Positions 29,583 to 39,841 are shown, counted from the stretch's first letter. The stretch: DNA of 64,000 bases from an uncultured Acidimicrobiia bacterium (GCA_963786955.1 CAWBAT010000004.1:640001-704000); one strand, 5' to 3'. Notes: a model not told the origin generated them from the sequence alone. Translations and numbers: made by a program.

Positions 29583-30797
29583 CTATGAGGGCAAATCATT
29601 AATACTCGTGATTGCCATCAATATGGAGATTACAATGATGCCAACAAGGATTCCCATAACCAAAATCATCGCGGGTTCAAACAGGGCAATCAGATTCTTG
29701 ATCGATGACCGGACTTCCTTGTCGTAGACCTTGGCAAGCTCCAAGAACATCGCATCTAAACGCCCCGTTTCCTCTCCAACCTCAACCAGGTGAACAGCCA
29801 GGGGCGGGAATATTTTGGATTTTTCCATGGGCCTGGCGACGCCCTCCCCTCTTTTGACCCCTTCGGCGATATTTGCGATCGATCCGGCAATCACAGAGTT
29901 GTTCGTGATATCTTTAACGATATTGAGCGACTGGACTAAGGGCACCGAGTTGTGGACCAAAGTCCCCAGGGTTCGGGATATACGACCCACTTCGATTTTG
30001 CAGAGCACATCTCCAAGCAGAAAAATCTTGAGTTTAAAATTGTCCCAAATCCACCGTCCCCGCTCTGTCGCCACAAAACGATTAAAAGCGATCAATAGGC
30101 CCACGAATATTCCTCCAACCAACCACCAATATGATTTGGAGAACTCGCTGATCGAAAGCAAGATCTGGGTCGGAAGTGGCAAAGATTGCCCCGCATCAGA
30201 AAACACCTGGGCGAACTTCGGGATAACAAAGTTCAAAAGAACGACGATCGAGGCGAGTCCCACCGCCGCCAAGAGAGCTGGGTAAATCAGAGAGGAGATC
30301 AAATAGCTTTTGAGCTCGTCAGCCGACTGTTGGAACTCTACCAAACGATCCAATACCAGAGGCAAAGAACCACTCGCCTCCCCGGCTCGGATCATGTTGA
30401 TGTACAATTTTGAAAAGACTTCAGGATGAGTGGACAGACTATCTGCAAACGTCTTGCCTTGCTTGATTCCCTGGAGAATTTCTTCCACTAAGGATTGCAG
30501 GGTAGCTCCTTGAGACAGACTCTTGCAGATCGTCAAACTCCGATCCAGAGGCAACCCGGCATTGACGAGCGTGGACAATTCCTGGGTGAAGAACATGATC
30601 TCTTTGGACCCTACCTTGCGCGACATCCAGTTAAGATTCAGCTTCAATGCGGATGAAGCCTGGCGGTGAGCAATCTGAATCGGGGTCAACCCCATCTCTT
30701 GCAGTCGAAGGGCCACTACTCTGTCGTCGCTCCCCTCGAAGCTGCCATCAATTAAATTCCCGTCCTTCGCTACCGCCTTGTAATAAAAAGTAGGCAT
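29583..30797 (-). CDS. gspF: T2SS inner-membrane platform GspF
   Basis: FTQELSTLVNAGLPL, RAGEASGSL, GEETGRLD, EPAMIL. Confidence 0.95.
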   Translation of the reverse strand: MPTFYYKAVAKDGNLIDGSFEGSDDRVVALRLQEMGLTPIQIAHRQASSALKLNLNWMSRKVGSKEIMFFTQELSTLVNAGLPLDRSLTICKSLSQGATLQSLVEEILQGIKQGKTFADSLSTHPEVFSKLYINMIRAGEASGSLPLVLDRLVEFQQSADELKSYLISSLIYPALLAAVGLASIVVLLNFVIPKFAQVFSDAGQSLPLPTQILLSISEFSKSYWWLVGGIFVGLLIAFNRFVATERGRWIWDNFKLKIFLLGDVLCKIEVGRISRTLGTLVHNSVPLVQSLNIVKDITNNSVIAGSIANIAEGVKRGEGVARPMEKSKIFPPLAVHLVEVGEETGRLDAMFLELAKVYDKEVRSSIKNLIALFEPAMILVMGILVGIIVISILMAITSINDLPS

Positions 30798-30869
30798 ACT
30801 CTCTCTTCAATGATTTCAGTGCACTGATAAAACTCAATAGCTAATGATACAAATCCAGCACGGACTCCC

Positions 30870-31060
30870 TCAAGTCCCCCCTTGTTAAGAGAGGACTGTT
30901 TTCAACCACGTCCCCCTGGGGCTGTGAAAAAATTCAAATCCAGCGAGAAACTCGGTTCCCCTCTCCCAAACGTGGGAGAGGGGTTGGGGGTGAGGGGGAT
31001 TTCACAACGTCTCAGATTGCCGCTCATCCGCGTAGGGGCGGGCTTCTTCGGTCTCCGGCA
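30870..31060. repeat. REP-like palindrome cluster between gspE and gspF
   Basis: CCCCTCTCCC-AAACGT-GGGAGAGGGG-TTGGGGGTGAGGGG; GGCTGTGAAAAA; GTAGGGGCGG. Confidence 0.65.
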
Positions 31061-31082
31061 AGCAACATTTAGTGCGTCTGTA

Positions 31083-32780
31083 TTAGACATCTTGAGTGAC
31101 CCGCATGACTTCTTCCACAGTCGTGACACCGGCTAGCACTTTCTCTACGCCGTCTTCCCGCAAGGATCTCATCCCCTGGCTATGCGCATAATTCGCAATA
31201 ATGTTCGAGGGTTCATTGGCCACTATCATGCGCCGAATTTCATCATCCGGAATCATTAACTCAAATATTCCTTGCCGGGTTTCATACCCGGTGAAACCAC
31301 ACGACTCACAACCTTCTCCTCGGTAAAGGGTCAATGGTGAGGCTCGTTTCGCCTCGAATCCTAATGACTGAAGAGCTTCCGGTTCGGCGGTATAGGCAAA
31401 CTTACATTGTTTGCAGATGATCCGGACAAGCCGCTGGGCAAGAACTCCAATCAGACAGGATGCCAGGAGATAATTTTCGGCCCCCATATCCACCAGGCGT
31501 GAGATGGCACTGGGTGCGTCATTGGTATGCAAGGTACTGAAGACCAGGTGCCCAGTCAACGCAGAACGGATGGCGATTTCCGCGGTCTCTAAATCACGAA
31601 TTTCACCCACCATGATGACGTCAGGGTCCTGCCGAACGATGTGGCGCAATCCGGATGCAAAGGTTAGGCCGATTTGAGTATTGACGTGAATCTGATTAAT
31701 TCCATCCATCTGGTATTCAACCGGATCTTCAATAGTGATAATTTTCTTATCCGGCAGGTTAATCCGCTTCATGGCACTGTAAAGCGTGGTGGACTTCCCG
31801 CTACCGGTAGGACCTGTTACGAGCAGAATTCCGTGGGGCAGCGAAGTCAGTTCCTCAATCTTTCGGAGAAGATCCTCGGGAAATCCCAGCCTTATCAACT
31901 CAAACGCACTGGTGTCGCTCTTGTCGAGGATTCTCATCACCACGCTTTCGCCGTAAAGCGTTGGGAGAGTCGACACCCGAAGGTCGATCTCTTTCCCAAG
32001 CACTTTCAATTTGATACGTCCATCCTGAGGGAGCCTTCTCTCGGCAATATTCAGCTTCGCCATGAGCTTGAGGCGGGAGATGATGGCTGCCTTAAGTAGA
32101 ATGGGGGGGGGCTCAACGTTCTGAAGAATCCCATCAATTCGGTATCGAATTCGAAACTCTTTTTCAAATGGCTCAATATGGATATCACTGGCACGGCGCT
32201 CCACAGCTCGGGAAATGATCACGTTGACGAGTCGGATAACAGGAGCCTCCGAGGCCATGTCGCGAAGATGCTCGATGTTCTCATCGCCACCTGTATAGTC
32301 AACGCCCGTCAGCTCAGTGTCTCCATCGATCACACGAGAGGCGTTTCCATTTCCGGCGCCATATAACCGTTCCAGCGTTTCAACGATTTCGTTTTCCAGC
32401 CCGAAACGGACCTTGACCTCATAGCCACTAAACAGACGCACCGAGTCCAAGGTCTCGGTGTCTGAGGGATCGGCCATAGCCAGAGTCAAACAATTTCCTT
32501 CCAGATCCAGGGGGAGGAGTTTGAATTGCTTCATGAATTTGTAGGATAGGGTTTGAACTTCAATCGGCACCGCCGGAAATTCTGCAGACGTAATCAAGGG
32601 AGCCTGCTGCTGATCGCTAATCGCTTGAACCAAATCGCGTTCAGCCAAGTAACCCAGGTCGAGCAGAATCCGGCCGATTTTTTCTTTCCGCTCCCGCTGT
32701 AATGTAAGAGCATCGCGGAGCTCCTGAGAGGAAATCAGGTTGCGCTCCACCAAGATCTGGCCAATAAGTTTCCTAACCAA
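31083..32780 (-). CDS. gspE: T2SS ATPase GspE with N-terminal MshEN-like domain
   Basis: ASDIHIEP, ERRLPQDGR, GPTGSGKSTT, RQDPDVIMVGEIRD, HLVFSTLHTN, CxxC...CxxC; N-terminal KLIGQILV/KIGRILL. Confidence 0.95.
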   Translation of the reverse strand: MVRKLIGQILVERNLISSQELRDALTLQRERKEKIGRILLDLGYLAERDLVQAISDQQQAPLITSAEFPAVPIEVQTLSYKFMKQFKLLPLDLEGNCLTLAMADPSDTETLDSVRLFSGYEVKVRFGLENEIVETLERLYGAGNGNASRVIDGDTELTGVDYTGGDENIEHLRDMASEAPVIRLVNVIISRAVERRASDIHIEPFEKEFRIRYRIDGILQNVEPPPILLKAAIISRLKLMAKLNIAERRLPQDGRIKLKVLGKEIDLRVSTLPTLYGESVVMRILDKSDTSAFELIRLGFPEDLLRKIEELTSLPHGILLVTGPTGSGKSTTLYSAMKRINLPDKKIITIEDPVEYQMDGINQIHVNTQIGLTFASGLRHIVRQDPDVIMVGEIRDLETAEIAIRSALTGHLVFSTLHTNDAPSAISRLVDMGAENYLLASCLIGVLAQRLVRIICKQCKFAYTAEPEALQSLGFEAKRASPLTLYRGEGCESCGFTGYETRQGIFELMIPDDEIRRMIVANEPSNIIANYAHSQGMRSLREDGVEKVLAGVTTVEEVMRVTQDV

Positions 32781-32821
32781 TGGATCTCCTGAGCTTGGTT
32801 GAGAATGGAATTAACACGCCG

Positions 32822-33418
32822 CTAGTACTGGATGATCCGGATATTCTGTTTCAGATCTTCCATGGAAATCTTGCGCTCTTGGTATTGCTGCAAGACATAT
32901 CTCTTCACATTCAACACGATCTGCGATGGGGAGGGCCTTCTCTCATCTCCGCGGGCACTGAAGAGGTACACAACGATAGTCAGGTTTTCTCCCGGCTTTA
33001 ACTGGTTTATTGAATTGCCATGCTCTGCGATGGCCTTGATGATCAGCCCTTTGACATTTTGAATTCGGCTCATCATCTTTTCATAGGCCTCGTCGAGCTC
33101 CTTTTGACTATGAGGTTTCATATCGAAAGGAGAGAGCTGGCGAATCAGGTAAGCATTGACCTCCAAGTTAAACACGGCTCCGTAGTCTGGAAGATAGGTG
33201 CCTCGGGTCGATCCCAAAACGGGAAAAGGGCCTTGAAGGTTCTCTTTGATTGTCGTGTCAATGACTCCCTGAAATACGGCCAACTCTTTCTTAAGGCCGG
33301 GAAGGTCAAGGCCAGTGTTGGTAGAGGGCGTATCAGCGCCCTGGGCTCTCAGTAAGTTTCCCAGAGCAAGAACAAGAATTAAGGTAATACAGGAAATATT
33401 TTTTTTGGGAGTGTGCAT
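32822..33418 (-). CDS. Secreted hypothetical protein
   Basis: Signal peptide ..LRA-Q; RGTYLPDYGAVF; lies between the anti-sigma gene and gspE. Confidence 0.7.
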   Translation of the reverse strand: MHTPKKNISCITLILVLALGNLLRAQGADTPSTNTGLDLPGLKKELAVFQGVIDTTIKENLQGPFPVLGSTRGTYLPDYGAVFNLEVNAYLIRQLSPFDMKPHSQKELDEAYEKMMSRIQNVKGLIIKAIAEHGNSINQLKPGENLTIVVYLFSARGDERRPSPSQIVLNVKRYVLQQYQERKISMEDLKQNIRIIQY

Positions 33419-33454
33419 CTTGTTTTTTATCCTTTTTGAGAAATGGGTCTATCC

Positions 33455-34156
33455 TTAATTAGTCGAAGAGGCCTTCACATAAACTTCGCGGGCCAATGAT
33501 TCAAGGTACGAGGCGTTTCTTGCCGACGCTTTCCAAACCTCTCTCTGGGTCATCTCGAGATATTTCAATCCTTGGGAGACCTTTTGCATGTCCTCCGTTC
33601 TATTCGTGTTAATTTCCGCCTTGGCCTCAAGCAGCAGCTTTTCAACTTTCGAATTCTGCCGCTGTTCACTCTGCGCCAGCACATTTTCGATCAATTTTTC
33701 CAGATCGGAACGGTTCATCGCTGCGGGAACCGCCGCGAGTTGCTGGTTTGCCTCAAACTGAGGGCTCAGCAAAGAGCGGGGCTGGTTAAAGGAAACCCTG
33801 AACTGACCTTCTTTGAATTCTATTTCTGTTTTCAACATCGCTAACGTGCTAATGCAAAGAATGAAACAAATCGTGGCCGCGGCACAGACAACCACTCCGC
33901 GAGACCAAGAACGGGGCGAAAAAACATCGACAAATTGTCTCCAGGATGAACGAGGCGTTTCGAAAATCAGGCTCTTGGGAACCTCCTCGTCCGGCCAACC
34001 ATTGCGAAGGAGCGACGGGATGCCTGAAAGCGAAACCAACTCCTCCCGACAGGTCTTACAAGTCTTCATATGGGCTTGAAGTTCCGCCGATTGTTCTGTG
34101 GTAATTTCTTTTCCCAGATAGTCCGGGAATAAATCCTGCGACTGTTGGCAATTCAT
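33455..34156 (-). CDS. Zinc-finger (zf-HC2) transmembrane anti-sigma factor
   Basis: MNC...HMKTCKTC (HxxxCxxC), one TM; overlaps the sigma stop codon. Confidence 0.85.
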   Translation of the reverse strand: MNCQQSQDLFPDYLGKEITTEQSAELQAHMKTCKTCREELVSLSGIPSLLRNGWPDEEVPKSLIFETPRSSWRQFVDVFSPRSWSRGVVVCAAATICFILCISTLAMLKTEIEFKEGQFRVSFNQPRSLLSPQFEANQQLAAVPAAMNRSDLEKLIENVLAQSEQRQNSKVEKLLLEAKAEINTNRTEDMQKVSQGLKYLEMTQREVWKASARNASYLESLAREVYVKASSTN

Positions 34157-34785
34157 GTTGTCCCCCTCGGTTGGTCAGTAAGTAACTTTCTAAGTTCTTT
34201 TAACCCGAGATAAAGGCGGGATTTGACTGTACTAACAGGGCATTCCGCGATCTCGGCAATTTCTGAAAACTTCATCCCTTCATAGATCTTTAGCACAACG
34301 GTTTCTCGCTGTTCTGCGGACAAAGTATTAAGAGCTCTGGCAAGGATCACTCGGAGCTCGTTTTGTTCAAAGCGCTGGCCACGTTCGATCGAAACAGCTA
34401 CATGATCCGAGAGAAGATCCTCGATCGAGGGCACCCCCTCGATGTCGTTCGTCAATGATTCGGTAAGAGCCGATTGGTCTCGGCGAAGATTGCTAATCCA
34501 GCAGTTACGCGCAATCCGAAATAACCATTGAGGGAATTTGTCAGGATCCTTGAGGTGCCGTATCTGTTCAAAGGCGCGGGTAAAACTTTCCTGAGCAATA
34601 TCCAGAGCTTCATCTCGGTTCCCGGTCAAACGCAATCCGAAATTAAAAAGTTTCTTTTCCCAACGCTTGACCAGTAGGTTGAAGGCTTCCGCCTCACCAG
34701 CCACAACCTTCTGGACAAGATTTTTATCCGATACCCAGACAAGTCCCAATTCGTCTCCTTTTCTAGTTGACGCAAAAAAAGTCAA
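34153..34785 (-). CDS. ECF sigma-70 factor
   Basis: AFNLLV-x-RW, F-x-x-WLFRIARN, F-x-EIAEI-x-x-CPVSTVKSRL. Confidence 0.95.
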   Translation of the reverse strand: MTFFASTRKGDELGLVWVSDKNLVQKVVAGEAEAFNLLVKRWEKKLFNFGLRLTGNRDEALDIAQESFTRAFEQIRHLKDPDKFPQWLFRIARNCWISNLRRDQSALTESLTNDIEGVPSIEDLLSDHVAVSIERGQRFEQNELRVILARALNTLSAEQRETVVLKIYEGMKFSEIAEIAECPVSTVKSRLYLGLKELRKLLTDQPRGTT

Positions 34786-34824
34786 AAAAGTCTTAAAGGT
34801 CTTGGATTCTTTTTGGCTTTTTCA

Positions 34825-37299
34825 TTACTTTACAGAGAGTCTTGCCCGTTTGTATGGACGACCGGTGAGGTAAAGCTGAAGCCGACTCTGAATCTCATCG
34901 GAAAGGTCTTTCCTACCCGAAGTCAAGGCCTCTGCAGTTGCTCTGCGCGCCATCGGAACCGCCTCTTTATACCGGCCAGTTGCAGCGTAGGATGCCGCCA
35001 ATGTGTCCAAGTATTCAACAGTGGGCTGTTTGGCTAAAGCCAAAGCCTTTTGTGCAAGCAGCAGTGACTCTTTGGCTTGACTGGTGCCTTCCAGATCATT
35101 CCTTGTCGCCATAATCCAGGCGAGTTTCTGCATTGCGTCAGGCCAATTGGGTCTTACTCGCAGGGCGGCTCGATAAGAATTGATTGCATCCGAAATTCGA
35201 TTCTCTCGCTCCAAAGCAACTGCTCGGTAAAGATAAGCCTCAGGATAATCGGGTCGAAGCCTAATCGCCTCGGTAAATTGTAACTGTGCCTCCTCATTTC
35301 TTTGTACAAATAGAAGTGCTCGGCCCAGGCTATAGTGAGTGCTTGCAACTCCCGGCTCTAGACGGATTGATTCGGTGAGATGGCTGATTGCTTCCTCATA
35401 CTTACCTTGACGGAGAAGCACCAATCCCAAGTTATTCTGCGCGTCTCGATAGTCCGGCTTGAGCCGCAATGCTTCAGATAATTCTTTCAGGGAGATTTCC
35501 ACTTTTCCTTGAATGAGATATAATCCTCCCAAGTTATTGCGTGCCTCGGCATATTCCGGCTTCAATTGGATTGCCCGATTGTACTGCTCCAATGCCAGGT
35601 CAATTTTCCCCTGTTGAGCAAACATTGCGCCTAGATTATTGTGCGCCTCGGCATAGTCCGGGTTCAGTTGGAGTGCCCGATTGTAATATTCGAGTGCCAC
35701 GTCGAATTTTCCCTGTTGGGAATGGACTTTACCTAGACCGTTGTGAGCCTCAGCCAGAGAGGGGTTAATTCGAAGTGCTTCTAGAAAATGGGAGGTGGCC
35801 TCATTTTGCCGTCCTAATGCATCCAAGGTGAGCCCCAGATTGTAATGCGCCTCTGCATAGTCCGGAGCAATCCTCAAGGCTTGTTCGTACCAATCCCGTG
35901 CCTCTTTATTCTTCCCTTCGTCATACAGGTAATGGCCAAGAACATAGGGTGCACGAGGGTTCATGGGTCGCTGCTGAACGACTTTCTTCCACATTGAGAC
36001 CGCATGCTTGTAATCTTCGTTCCTCAATATCGCTCTCCAGGTTAGGGTTGCGACGACAATTACGACAGCTGTTCCGGAATAGAGGTACGGAAGGTATGAA
36101 GGTTTCCCCCAGAAAGCCCAATTCCTCAGCAACGCAAAGACTCCCAGAACTATTATCACTAGAATTGAAACAGAGGGCAGATACATTCGGTGTTCGGCAG
36201 CCACATCATTTAATGGCATGACACTCGAAGTAGGCGCAAGAATGAGGAAGAACCATGCACCTAAGAACCCCATCGCAGGAGAGAATTTCAAGGCCCAAGC
36301 CGTGGCCACCATAAGACCGACAATTATAAGTGCATAAGCAAGGATCTCCTGAGGGCCCTTGACCACTGGCCAGTAGTAATCTAAACAGAGATTTTGAGGC
36401 CATAAGACCAAGCGAAGGTAATGAACAATCACTTGGGGTTGAGTCAGAGCATAATTCAGGGCACTGACATGTTGAAGCTTGAAGCCGGCCGACTCGATCT
36501 TTGGGAAAATAATAAAAGTCGTCGCCAGCACTCCCCACGTCCCAGCGAGACCCCAATAGAGCTTCCGTCGGCTGTGGAGCGCGTTTCGAAAAGAACCGGA
36601 CAGGAATATTCTGTCGTAAAGCAGCACGAGCAGAGGGGTTGCTACCATATTTTGCTTGGTTCCCATACCGAGCGCACAGGCCAGCACAGCCAACCCGTAG
36701 TAAATTGACTTAAATTGAGATGAGTTCCCTCGTTCTACGCAATAGAACGTTAACAGGAGGAAGAGGCTCATCAAAGATTCGTTTCTTTGGGTTATGTAAG
36801 TAACGGCTTCCGCATTCAGAGGATGAGCAACCCAGCACAAGACTACCGTCAAGGAGAGAATTTTCGAGGCATTCGCAAATAACTTCAGTCGCAGTAAAAC
36901 TCTCCGAAGCAAATCAAATAAAACACAGGCATTTAAGAGATGGATAAACAAGTTGACAACATGATAGCCCCAGGTGTTCAGCCCATTCATGGAATAGTTG
37001 AGTGCCAAAGAGAGGCCCATGACAGGTCTCGTTCCTAAACCCCACTTAAAGATCGGGTCCCAAGGGGGCCAGAGGCGCCGAATGTACTTGTTATCTACTA
37101 TAGTCACCAAATCGTCGAAAATGAATTCTCCCGTAAAGCTATTCGCGTAGGCAATTAAGCCCACAGAGAGAATCGAGCAATAGGCAAGCAGGTTCCCACT
37201 CGGCCTCACATGGAGCAAATGGGAAGTATTTGGCGAAATGGATTCCGGTTGGGCTTTCCCCTTTTTTTTGACTTTTGCAGAAACCGTTTTGTGAATCAT
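34825..37299 (-). CDS. TMTC-like GT-C protein O-glycosyltransferase with C-terminal TPR array
   Basis: FIFDD..I.DN, HPLNAEAVTYITQRNE, LDYYWP and AEHRMYLPS in a multi-TM region; many P-D/E-YAEAHNNLG TPRs. Confidence 0.8.
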   Translation of the reverse strand: MIHKTVSAKVKKKGKAQPESISPNTSHLLHVRPSGNLLAYCSILSVGLIAYANSFTGEFIFDDLVTIVDNKYIRRLWPPWDPIFKWGLGTRPVMGLSLALNYSMNGLNTWGYHVVNLFIHLLNACVLFDLLRRVLLRLKLFANASKILSLTVVLCWVAHPLNAEAVTYITQRNESLMSLFLLLTFYCVERGNSSQFKSIYYGLAVLACALGMGTKQNMVATPLLVLLYDRIFLSGSFRNALHSRRKLYWGLAGTWGVLATTFIIFPKIESAGFKLQHVSALNYALTQPQVIVHYLRLVLWPQNLCLDYYWPVVKGPQEILAYALIIVGLMVATAWALKFSPAMGFLGAWFFLILAPTSSVMPLNDVAAEHRMYLPSVSILVIIVLGVFALLRNWAFWGKPSYLPYLYSGTAVVIVVATLTWRAILRNEDYKHAVSMWKKVVQQRPMNPRAPYVLGHYLYDEGKNKEARDWYEQALRIAPDYAEAHYNLGLTLDALGRQNEATSHFLEALRINPSLAEAHNGLGKVHSQQGKFDVALEYYNRALQLNPDYAEAHNNLGAMFAQQGKIDLALEQYNRAIQLKPEYAEARNNLGGLYLIQGKVEISLKELSEALRLKPDYRDAQNNLGLVLLRQGKYEEAISHLTESIRLEPGVASTHYSLGRALLFVQRNEEAQLQFTEAIRLRPDYPEAYLYRAVALERENRISDAINSYRAALRVRPNWPDAMQKLAWIMATRNDLEGTSQAKESLLLAQKALALAKQPTVEYLDTLAASYAATGRYKEAVPMARRATAEALTSGRKDLSDEIQSRLQLYLTGRPYKRARLSVK

Positions 37300-37398
37300 G
37301 TCCAGACCTCAGAACTAGACGAAACGACGTCGAATCGTCAGCGCAATAACCCTTTTGGTCTTTACTTGCGCTCTCTCATGAATAAAAGATCTAGCTGC

Positions 37399-37836
37399 TT
37401 AGGAACGGGGTATCACGGGGGGAGTCTGCGGCACTATATTCGCCCTCTCATCGCGCCCAGTGGCGTCCACGCCTGTCTGATTCTGTGACTCCAGGAATAT
37501 TTGCTCTAACCTTTCAACCCGGCTTTCGAGCAATGCAATCTCCTGTGTCAAGCGAGTGTTCCTTCGCTGATGCCAAGTGAGGGAGACCGAAACTGAGAAG
37601 GAATAAATGTATATGGCGGCCAAGGCCATAAATAAAACTGCCGCCGCATAACTCAGATGGGACCTATTTGCAAAAGACATGATGAGATTAGGAAATAAAC
37701 CACAAACCAACAGTATAAAGGCAAGTATCGTCCACAAGATGGCGTGTTTTTCACTCAGGTCTCTACTTCGAACCCAGTAAATGGTAAGGGAAAAGACCGC
37801 AATCCCTCCCAAAAACATCAAGGTTTCAGCGTTCAA
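37399..37836 (-). CDS. DUF2304-like small membrane protein
   Basis: L-x-EK-x-AILW, TM helices, LTQEIALLE; directly follows a GT2. Confidence 0.8.
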   Translation of the reverse strand: MNAETLMFLGGIAVFSLTIYWVRSRDLSEKHAILWTILAFILLVCGLFPNLIMSFANRSHLSYAAAVLFMALAAIYIYSFSVSVSLTWHQRRNTRLTQEIALLESRVERLEQIFLESQNQTGVDATGRDERANIVPQTPPVIPRS

Positions 37837-38647
37837 ATTTCATTAACTCCTTCATCCTAAGTCTATCAATAAGGATGGCCAATGAAACCATTATCATATA
37901 TTCCAGCGCTTTGAAGTACCGAATGGAAGAGACCCCTCCTTGCCTTTCGTGCATCTTGACGGGGATCTCCCCGATCCGCAGCTTATTGCGTGCACACCAA
38001 AATAAAGATACAGGTTCCGGAAAATCTTCAGGATAATACTCAGCAAATCGTTCCCAAACAACGGGTCCCGCACAACGAAAACCACTGGTCGGATCTGTGA
38101 TCTTCAATCCCGAAAGCAAATGAATCAATGAGGAGCAGAAGCGTATCCCCATCCGCCTCCGAATTGTTGATTGAAAATTGCCCTTCCCCGAGTATAGGAA
38201 ACGCGACCCGATGCACAAATCAAGTTTGTTCGTTTCACACTCAGAAACAAGAGACTCTATGTACTCTGGGTCATGCTGTCCGTCTGCATCGAACTGAATC
38301 ACATACCGATAGTTCCCTCGCCTTTTGGCATATATGTATCCCGTCTGAACAGCTACTCCAATTCCTCCGTTGGAAATCATGCTGACAATTTGGACTTCCA
38401 ACTTACTTTCCTTCTTTGCACTCCTAGCTCTGTGAATTGTTTTGTCATTAGAGCCGTCGTCGACGATGAGGACTTCGTAATCAGCGGGCAGACACTGCAA
38501 GCCCGCCACAGTCTTCTCCAAAGACTCCTCCTCGTTATATGCAGGGATGACAATCAAGTTTTTCACTGAACCAGCCCGCAAGATATTAGAAAACTCCCGA
38601 GAATTGAATTGGTGAGTATCATGGGGATATGACTCACTTTCCCCCAA
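37826..38647 (-). CDS. GT2 polyprenol-phosphate sugar synthase-like glycosyltransferase
   Basis: VIPAYNEEE, VDDGS, QFDADGQHDP, GSRF, TDPTSGFR. Confidence 0.9.
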   Translation of the reverse strand: MGESESYPHDTHQFNSREFSNILRAGSVKNLIVIPAYNEEESLEKTVAGLQCLPADYEVLIVDDGSNDKTIHRARSAKKESKLEVQIVSMISNGGIGVAVQTGYIYAKRRGNYRYVIQFDADGQHDPEYIESLVSECETNKLDLCIGSRFLYSGKGNFQSTIRRRMGIRFCSSLIHLLSGLKITDPTSGFRCAGPVVWERFAEYYPEDFPEPVSLFWCARNKLRIGEIPVKMHERQGGVSSIRYFKALEYMIMVSLAILIDRLRMKELMKFER

Positions 38648-38803
38648 TATCCCGGGGAGGATATCCTCGAACGCAACCGTTATTTTATTTGAGAATTTCT
38701 TTTTTTCCCATATTCATTTCTAAGGAGATGAGATCCACGCATAGTATCTTGCCCAAAGAATTGTCATGATCCGTATGAAATGCTATTTTGCCCATGTCTC
38801 TGA

Positions 38804-39841
38804 ATGTTGAATAAGATCAGCAGGGCAGATGGGATGACACAAGCTACCATAATCGTGGTGAACCATAATGGAACTATGTTACTAGAGGACTGTTTAAAAT
38901 CTCTCAATGACCAAACCTACACCGACTTCGAGGTTTTATTTGTGGATAACGGATCGACGGATGACTCAATCCTCAACGCCAGGCGGATCTTGCCGAAAAT
39001 CCGTGTTATGTCATTATGTGAGAACTCCGGATGGGCAAAAGCGAACAACATTGGAATTTGCAATTCCGAGAGCGAATTCATTGTCTTGCTGAATAACGAT
39101 ACTCGCGCAGACCCGAATTTCCTATTAGAGCTGGTCAAAGCAGCCGGAGCCAACCCTAAGGTGGGAATGGTCGCTCCAAAGATTCTCAATTTCTATGAGC
39201 CGCGAGTCATTGATTCGGTCGGCGGACTGGTCATTTGCCGTGACGGGATTGCGCAAGGGCTTGGCAGAGGAGAAATCGATAACAGCCAATATGATGACTT
39301 GAAAGAAATCCTAATTCCCAGTGGTTGCGCTGCATTGTATCGTAAGACAATGTTGGATGAAATCGGATTATTTGACGAAACGTTCTTTGCCTATTGTGAG
39401 GATTCAGATCTGGCTTTGCGCGGGTTATGGGCAGGATGGTTAGCCGTCGCAGCGCCTAAAGCCATTGTTTATCACAAATACTCTGCAACTAGCGGGGGCT
39501 ACTCGCCCATTAAGCTCTACTTAGTCGAACGAAACCATTTCTATGTAGCAATCAGGAACTTCCCATTACGAATGATCCTGTTACTCCCAGTATGGACTGT
39601 CTATCGATTTGCGCTAATGACTATAGCCATCATCGCCAATAGAGGCAAGAGTGTAGCGCTGCAAGGAAGCCGCTGGCCGGATCTACTCACCGCTTTATTG
39701 CGAGCACAATTTCATGCGGCTTACCGAGCCTGGCCACAACTTATGCACAGAACTAAGATCCGCCGAATATCCAGCAAACAATTTACCCAAAGGATAAAGG
39801 CCTATCGACTCTCAATGCGGCAAATGGTCTTCAAACGATGA
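38804..39841 (+). CDS. GT2 glycosyltransferase
   Basis: VDNGSTDDS, LLNND, GLFDETFFAYCEDSDL. Confidence 0.9.
   Translation: MLNKISRADGMTQATIIVVNHNGTMLLEDCLKSLNDQTYTDFEVLFVDNGSTDDSILNARRILPKIRVMSLCENSGWAKANNIGICNSESEFIVLLNNDTRADPNFLLELVKAAGANPKVGMVAPKILNFYEPRVIDSVGGLVICRDGIAQGLGRGEIDNSQYDDLKEILIPSGCAALYRKTMLDEIGLFDETFFAYCEDSDLALRGLWAGWLAVAAPKAIVYHKYSATSGGYSPIKLYLVERNHFYVAIRNFPLRMILLLPVWTVYRFALMTIAIIANRGKSVALQGSRWPDLLTALLRAQFHAAYRAWPQLMHRTKIRRISSKQFTQRIKAYRLSMRQMVFKR

Noticed and set aside
27279-32780. Type IV pilus system
   Set aside because: A canonical GspG, a GspK and a GspD-type secretin are present with no PilT, so it is a T2SS; the prepilin peptidase is not in the window
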